Source: an uncultured Synergistales bacterium
GTDB lineage: Bacteria; Synergistota; Synergistia; Synergistales; JAFGMB01
Direction: 5' to 3'
Length of the DNA stretch: 64,000 bases
Assembly: GCA_964410915.1 (NCBI GenBank)
Contig: CAYPIU010000005.1
Location: 10,834 to 74,833, forward strand
The notes beneath the pieces were generated by a model that was not told the origin of the DNA, did not search any database, and saw only the letters and a program-made list of their open reading frames with translations. A program made the translations under genes and the position numbers. This document shows, piece after piece, positions 58,671 to 64,000 of this stretch (positions within the stretch are counted from its first letter, which is position 1; each line of letters begins with the position of its first letter).

Positions 58671-59162
58671 CTATTTCCAGCCCCCTTTCCCTTCCAGTAG
58701 ATTCTTCAGAATATATATTGCCAGAAGAAGTCCGAAACCCAGAGGAACAGCTAAAAGCGGTATCGTTTTCGGAACATGGAGTGCCATGGTATGCATTTCC
58801 CAAACACTGATCGCGTTGACAGTTCCAAGATATATCATTAAAGAAAGGATAGACACTGTGAGAAGCAGTCTGAAAACATAGACCACCTTTCGCAAAGCCG
58901 GAGGAAACCTGTGTACTACAAAATCGATGACCATATGGTCACCATGATAGTAGGCTCCTCCAGCAGCCATAAGCACGAGCCAGACAAGTGAAAAGCGGGC
59001 AAGCTCTTCAGTCCATATTATTGAGTTTTTGAGAACATACCTGCAGAAAATACCCAATAAAACATCTGCAATATTAATAACAAGAAGCGCCCCGGCGGTC
59101 CATGCGCTGAGGCGCTCAAGAAATCTCAGGGTATGTTCAGTCCTGCCCTGAAGATTGTTCAA
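58671..59162 (-). CDS. dctQ: TRAP small permease DctQ
   Basis: WTEELARF, GDHMVID. TTG start at 59162 after GGAGG. Confidence 0.9.
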   Translation of the reverse strand: MNNLQGRTEHTLRFLERLSAWTAGALLVINIADVLLGIFCRYVLKNSIIWTEELARFSLVWLVLMAAGGAYYHGDHMVIDFVVHRFPPALRKVVYVFRLLLTVSILSLMIYLGTVNAISVWEMHTMALHVPKTIPLLAVPLGFGLLLAIYILKNLLEGKGGWK

Positions 59163-59164
59163 TT

Positions 59165-60229
59165 TTACTTTCCTCCTGCTTCCCTGTTCGCTTTCGAGGC
59201 ACATTCAAGGGCAAGTTCTACCCATTCGCCGCCAATCTTCTCCTGAAGCCAGTCTATATATGCAGGCTGACCTTTTGACCTGAACTTCTCCATTTCACTC
59301 TCATTGGGAGAATAGGCCTCCATACCATTATCTACAAGAAACTTAATATCCTCCTTATCCTGTTTTTCCATTACCTGCCTGTTAATACCGTTAGCCTCTG
59401 CAGATGCCTCGAATATGGCATTTCTGTTGTCTTCAGACATTTCGTCCATTACATCTCCATTGATAACAAGGAACTGGTCCGAATACTGGATGTTGGCAAG
59501 AGTAAGATATTTCTGAACTTCGTAAAGGCTTCCCATTTTGATATACATGGCAGGATTCATCTGACCATCAACAACTCCTGTTTTCAGGGCCATGTAAAGC
59601 TCAGTCCAGGGGATAGGAGTACCACTTGCTCCAAAAGATTTGTACAGTGCTATCTGATCCTCAGCCATACCACGGAATTTTAAACCTTCAAAATCCGAAG
59701 GAACACGGATCTCCTTTTTAGAGTTAGTAAAAGCAAGGAAACCCCCTTCTTCAACTACCTCGACCAGATAAGCGCCAGTCCTTTCCTTGAATTCATCCCT
59801 GGCCTTACTGATAAAAGCACTGGAATCGAAAAATATGTGAGCTGCTTTATAGCTGTCAAAAAGAAAGGGTATGTTACTTGCATACATTTCGGGGAAGAGA
59901 GGAGCAATACCAGCATATGATGCAACATTTATTATTGGCTGATTCATTCCTGATTTCATAAGAAGCTGCATTCTTTCCTCTTCGTTGCCCAACTGACTGT
60001 CAGGGAACAGCCTTACCAGGACCTCGCCATCTGTTTTTGCTTCAACTGCTTTTTTGAAATTACTTGCAAAAAGATGAACAGCATTGTTGTCTGGATCAGC
60101 TGGACCATTATATGACATTTTAAGCTCAAGAGCCGCCTCTGAAACTGAAAAACACGAAAAAAGCAGTATCAGAACAATCGCAGGAACTCCCAAAAACCAA
60201 CCTGACTTAAACATCTTCACATTTATCAC
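59165..60229 (-). CDS. dctP: TRAP solute-binding protein DctP
   Basis: Signal peptide, FPDSQLG, GLKFRGM, YMALKTGVVDGQMNP; start uncertain by a few codons. Confidence 0.92.
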   Translation of the reverse strand: MINVKMFKSGWFLGVPAIVLILLFSCFSVSEAALELKMSYNGPADPDNNAVHLFASNFKKAVEAKTDGEVLVRLFPDSQLGNEEERMQLLMKSGMNQPIINVASYAGIAPLFPEMYASNIPFLFDSYKAAHIFFDSSAFISKARDEFKERTGAYLVEVVEEGGFLAFTNSKKEIRVPSDFEGLKFRGMAEDQIALYKSFGASGTPIPWTELYMALKTGVVDGQMNPAMYIKMGSLYEVQKYLTLANIQYSDQFLVINGDVMDEMSEDNRNAIFEASAEANGINRQVMEKQDKEDIKFLVDNGMEAYSPNESEMEKFRSKGQPAYIDWLQEKIGGEWVELALECASKANREAGGK

Positions 60230-60583
60230 TCCCCGTTTTAATTATGGATCAAACCTGGACTTATATGAAATGTTTAACAGTTTAACCCCTTACAGAAATA
60301 GTAAGTAACCCTCCCATTATTGTCAAACAGGGATCCATATTAAAAAACGTCCAATTATCTTAAAAGATCCCGCTTAAAAAACAGATCATTAAAGACCCAT
60401 TCACCGTAAAGGTTTTCGCTAAGAAGTTTTTATATATCGGAAAAATGATCAGCCATTGGTAAAAAATAGTTATATTCACTACTTTGATTTACCTGTTCTT
60501 GATCAAACAACGCTCCGTTGTAATAATGTAGTAAAATGTTATCAGGCTCGAAATATAACAGATACCTGAAAGGATATGACTTT

Positions 60584-60808
60584 ATGTATCACCCCATAAG
60601 TGATTACGGGATCATAGGAGATCTATATACGGTCGCCCTGATAAACAGGACAGGCTCTATGGAGTGGTTATGCCTTCCCTTTCTGGATTCCCCAGGCGTT
60701 TTTGGACCTCTCCTCAATTATGAGAGGATTTTCATCATGGAATCCGTTAAGACACTTAAAATATCTTATAGTGATTATGACTGGAGGTTGAACAGGTATG
60801 AAGAATAA
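60584..60808 (+). pseudogene. N-terminal remnant of a GH15 (glucoamylase/trehalase-like) gene
   Basis: [44 protein letters not shown] matches the GH15 N-terminus (I.DY..IGD..T.AL....GS..WLC.P.FDSP..F..LL). Similarity stops after about 45 aa, whereas full-length proteins are about 600 aa. Confidence 0.75.
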
Positions 60809-61175
60809 TGATCCTGATAAGATCATTGAAAGAACTTCCTTCGGTGAAATAGTCGTAAACGGGGAAAAATATGAAAAGGACATTTACATCAATATTTCCG
60901 GGAAGATCAGGAAAAGAAAGAAAAAACTTTCCAAAAAGAGATGCGGTACTTCCCATATTATTTCACTGGAAGAGGCAGAATATGTCTATGAAAAGGGATT
61001 GGAAGAACTGATAATTGGAACAGGCCAGGAAGGGCTGGTAACACTTTCACCGGAAGCCAGAAGTTTTTTCAGTGATATGGGCTGCAATGTAATGATGTCA
61101 CCGACATGAAAGGCCATAGAGACATATAATAATTCCAAAAAAGTTAAAGCAGGACTCTTCCATATTACATGTTGA
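60798..61175 (+). pseudogene. Mth938-like (DUF498) protein interrupted by an in-frame TGA at 61107-61109
   Basis: FGEIVVNGEKYEKDI, LIIGTGQEG, then PT*KAIETYN...AGLFHITC*. The family C-terminal motif continues in frame after the TGA. Confidence 0.75.
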
Positions 61176-61213
61176 AAAAGGGTGCGGTATATATACCGCA
61201 CCCTTTTTCAACA
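61170..61213. terminator. Perfect 44-bp palindrome, bidirectional terminator
   Basis: tgttgaaaaagggtgcggtata|tataccgcaccctttttcaaca. Confidence 0.8.
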
Positions 61214-61235
61214 ATCTGGCTATTTTGAGAAAAGA

Positions 61236-61397
61236 TCATAAAGAACTAAAAGACCTTTTATGTTTTTTTTCTTCAGCGTTAAGTTCCTGCAAAACCTGCA
61301 CATAACGGCTTTCCCACTCCCCATTTTGCATCAAAAGCGCCTCTTCATGGGTCTCGAGGAACTTTTTTTCTTCAAGAAGATATCGTATTCTATCCAA
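61236..61397 (-). CDS. Unannotated small protein (53 aa)
   Basis: GGGGAGTGAGGA RBS then TTG: MDRIRYLLEEKKFLETHEEALLMQNGEWESRYVQVLQELNAEEKKHKRSFSSL; ends just before the palindromic terminator. Confidence 0.5.
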   Translation of the reverse strand: MDRIRYLLEEKKFLETHEEALLMQNGEWESRYVQVLQELNAEEKKHKRSFSSL

Positions 61398-61718
61398 AAT
61401 TCCTCACTCCCCTGCCTTAAAAATATTTGAAACGCTATATGAAAAAGGGATATATCTTACACAGGAGTATATCGATCCTTCCTGAATTACACTTTCAGGA
61501 ACTTGATTATAATACTTCACGAGCATAAAACTCAATACTAAAATCAATTGGAAGCCTGATTATAATGTATAATCACTCATCATCTTTAAGATATCTGTTT
61601 ATGATCCATGTCCCACCATAATCCCGGGCTGACAAGGGCAACACAACAAACTTAAGGCCCTGGTAATTCCGGGTTAACAGTCAGTTCGATCCGTCCTGAA
61701 ATACTGGTTGTTATATTA

Positions 61719-62483
61719 TCAGCGAATCTGCACCGCTTTTTTGACTTTTTCCAGACTTTCCTCTGTCAGACCAAGTAGGGGACCGATCTCTTCCAGCTGA
61801 GGAAATGCTCCCCAACCTGCCAGAAAACCGTTGACCCTTGCAACTGCAGTTGAATTTATTAGATCATTATCATCAGGATAGTATTTTTTGAATTCTTCCA
61901 GTATGGCAGAATGCATTTTTAAACTGTATTTCTGATGATAATTTTCCGCCATATAGAATACTTTAAATGGGGTTACAAGAGTCTGTATCTTTTTTGAGTT
62001 TTCTTTTTCCCATTTCTCTATTGATCTCAATATTTCTGATTCTTGCAGATCATCGTGGGAAAATATGATGGACATATATTGTTTTGACCAGGTTTTTCTT
62101 GAAGGGTCATGACTTTTCCAGAAAATATCAAGAAGCTCACTGTAAGATATTTTCTTTGGGTCAAAATCTATCTGTATGGTCTCCGTATGATCTCCAAGTT
62201 CATAATAAGTAGGATTCTCTTTCGATCCTCCCGAATAACCAACTCTTGTTCTTATAACACCCGGGATGATACCAAACCTGGCATCAGGACCCCAGAATCA
62301 GCCAAGGGCAAAAGTAGCGGTTTCGTAATTATCGGGGATATTTTTGTCAATAGGCGGAACCAGTTGTGTCTTAACATCTGAATACTCCACAGAACATGCC
62401 TCCCTTTGCGGAAATATATGGAATACCAAAAAGAGAATAACTAAAACGACAGTTAGGTTTGTGAATATTTTATCGATACTCAT
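61719..62483 (-). CDS. msrA: Selenocysteine-containing methionine sulfoxide reductase A with N-terminal TM/signal segment (254 aa)
   Basis: ORFs 62298..62483 and 61719..62075 are one frame joined by TGA 62298-62300: ETATFALG-U-FWG, then RTRVGYSGG, NPTY, DHTE, FW..HDP and AENYHQKY. Confidence 0.92.
62262..62294 (-). promoter_or_regulatory. Bacterial SECIS-like hairpin of msrA
   Basis: mRNA: lower stem UGGGGU/AUCCCG, upper stem GAUGCCA/UGGUAUC, loop GGUU starting 19 nt after the UGA. Confidence 0.75.
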
Positions 62484-62631
62484 AATATTTTACACCTCAC
62501 AGGAAAATTATGAAAATCCTGTTGAACTAATAGACCTTTTTCTGTTTACTTTATCATTATATATCATCTCTCATAGTGGATATATATCAAATAAAAGGTT
62601 AAGATTACCCGGAAAACAGGGAGGAGATAAA

Positions 62632-63033
62632 ATGCCTGTAAGTGACAATGTAATTTCGGATCAGATAAAGGAACTGAAAGATTTCCGCAACTGGCAGAAC
62701 AGACCTGAAATATCCTTTCTGCCAAAGATAGTGGATGAAGGTGAAAAGATCTCAGCTATCACTGTAGGACTGTATATTGAATCAAAATGGCTCCTGACTC
62801 TCACTGACAGAAGGATCATCCTCATTCACAGGAAATTTTTAGAAGCATTGAGCGATGAAATATTATTAAAAGATATCTGTTCATTAACTTTAAAAAAAGG
62901 CCTTTTATTCTCTAGGATGGACATTTTAGCTAAAGATGACAGAGAATTAACTATCGAATCAATTATGAAAAAAGATGCAGACAAGATAATGGAGATCATT
63001 ATATCAGAATGGCCAGACATCAAGATATCCTGA
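62632..63033 (+). CDS. Bacterial PH-domain protein (bPH_3-like), 133 aa
   Basis: ATG 62632 after GGAGGAG; GEKI.....G......WLLTLTDRRIILI and I.S....KGLLFS.M.I pattern. Confidence 0.78.
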   Translation: MPVSDNVISDQIKELKDFRNWQNRPEISFLPKIVDEGEKISAITVGLYIESKWLLTLTDRRIILIHRKFLEALSDEILLKDICSLTLKKGLLFSRMDILAKDDRELTIESIMKKDADKIMEIIISEWPDIKIS

Positions 63034-63069
63034 ATCCCTGTATTTTATCCGCAACTTGAAATACATGGA

Positions 63070-63999
63070 TCAAACACTTATACCAAGAAGGTCACCTATC
63101 TGCAGAAAAATATCGTAAATTTTACTGTCTACCCTGATATCAGTTTCACGGCTTTTACCCAGGATAATGTGCTTTATCTCGAAATAGAGATTTTGTGAAT
63201 ACCAGAGGTCAGGCTGGATAGAAGTATCTCTTAAAAATAGAAGAAAATCCCTCAAGGTCATCATTTTAACTATATCCTCCGAATTTTCCTTGAGTTCTTC
63301 CATTTTTTTATCAAGCCATTTAAGGGCCTCTGATGAAAATGCGGCTTTATCGAGGTCTATATCCCAACTCTCAGCTTTGACAATATCTGACCTGATCTTT
63401 TCAATATCAGGCAGTTCTTTTGCTAATTCCTTCTGTAGATCAGAATTTATAACTATCTCCGCTGATTTGAGAAATTCCGTCGGTACCGGCATGCCTTCAG
63501 CTGAGATAAAATTCATGAACATGTGATCATTTTCGAGAACATCTCCCAGAAAAGCATCGATCTTTTCAAGATCACCCCTGAGAAGAGTCTTGACTATCTC
63601 TTTCTGTTCATGTCTGAAAACATGACTGAGATTATAAAAATGATCCCCGAAATAACTTTCCGCAATATTTATCATTGAACTCATATCTCCATGTTCAAAA
63701 GTTCTTGTCATACTGTTAAACATAGATTCAGAGTCATTATCGGAGAGTGTATCAGAAACGGAACATAATACGTTGTGCCCTCCTAATCTCAGAGAGCAAA
63801 AGGAAAATTTACGTTCCTCAAGGGTTATACTGGAAATAACACTGAACTTTCCTATTCGTGCGATTCTGCCATCTTTACCAAGATCGACCATTTTAAGTAT
63901 TTTAATTTCGTAGCAGTAAGATGGAATTGTATGTATATCCTTCGTAAAAAGGAATAAAACAGCGGTATGAGCAGCCACTCTGTAAAAATCATAGGAAAA
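63070..63999 (-). CDS. C-terminal part of a DUF3536-domain (GH57-associated) protein; 5' end beyond the window
   Basis: The frame is open to the window edge; CSLRLGGHNVLC, YNLSHVFRHEQKEIV and PDLWYSQNLYF resemble DUF3536. Confidence 0.7.
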   Translation of the reverse strand, partial: FSYDFYRVAAHTAVLFLFTKDIHTIPSYCYEIKILKMVDLGKDGRIARIGKFSVISSITLEERKFSFCSLRLGGHNVLCSVSDTLSDNDSESMFNSMTRTFEHGDMSSMINIAESYFGDHFYNLSHVFRHEQKEIVKTLLRGDLEKIDAFLGDVLENDHMFMNFISAEGMPVPTEFLKSAEIVINSDLQKELAKELPDIEKIRSDIVKAESWDIDLDKAAFSSEALKWLDKKMEELKENSEDIVKMMTLRDFLLFLRDTSIQPDLWYSQNLYFEIKHIILGKSRETDIRVDSKIYDIFLQIGDLLGISV

Positions 64000-64000
64000 A

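Noticed and set aside
704-63526. Numerous antisense or alternate-frame ORFs in the track (e.g. 704..1300, 2407..3162, 8383..9075, 14166..14972, 25524..26309, 41592..42161)
   Set aside because: They lie inside well-supported genes and have low-complexity Ser/Cys-rich translations typical of shadow ORFs.
1-64000. CRISPR arrays, tRNA/rRNA genes, IS elements, prophage
   Set aside because: No regularly spaced repeats, cloverleaf or rRNA signatures, transposases or phage genes were seen on reading the sequence. The umuDC pair has no mobile-element context.

Overview
Bacterial chromosomal window, most likely from an anaerobic Synergistota: a SYNERG-CTERM-type tail, five TRAP transport systems and amino-acid fermentation genes point that way. 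No rRNA, tRNA, CRISPR array or intact mobile element was seen. From left to right: (1) RpiR / class-III aminotransferase / TAXI-TRAP / CoA-transferase locus; (2) a ~13 kb GntR-linked catabolic cluster with a TakP-like TRAP, an acetoin/2-oxoacid dehydrogenase complex, two SDRs, a Tdh-like dehydrogenase and two DUF296 proteins; (3) a D-amino-acid region with dcyD-alr, IclR, TRAP, a probable fold-type-I racemase and ortAB; (4) housekeeping and redox genes, including a selenocysteine thioredoxin (UxxC) plus ccdA; (5) a Lys-specifier T-box controlling asd-dapA-dapB-dapH-lysC; (6) umuDC, whose UmuD looks pre-cleaved and catalytically dead; (7) a c-di-GMP-I riboswitch ahead of a large surface protein; (8) FadR-TRAP-ilvD; (9) TRAP-ddpX and ddl; (10) a partly decayed patch, a selenocysteine MsrA with an N-terminal membrane/export segment, and a partial DUF3536/GH57-type gene. 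The ORF track misses the strongest signals. Two genes are split by in-frame UGA codons at catalytic Cys positions, each followed by a SECIS-like hairpin. Together with CcdA they could form a selenium-based extracytoplasmic methionine-sulfoxide repair chain. Family assignments come from motif recognition and memory; no database searches were run.
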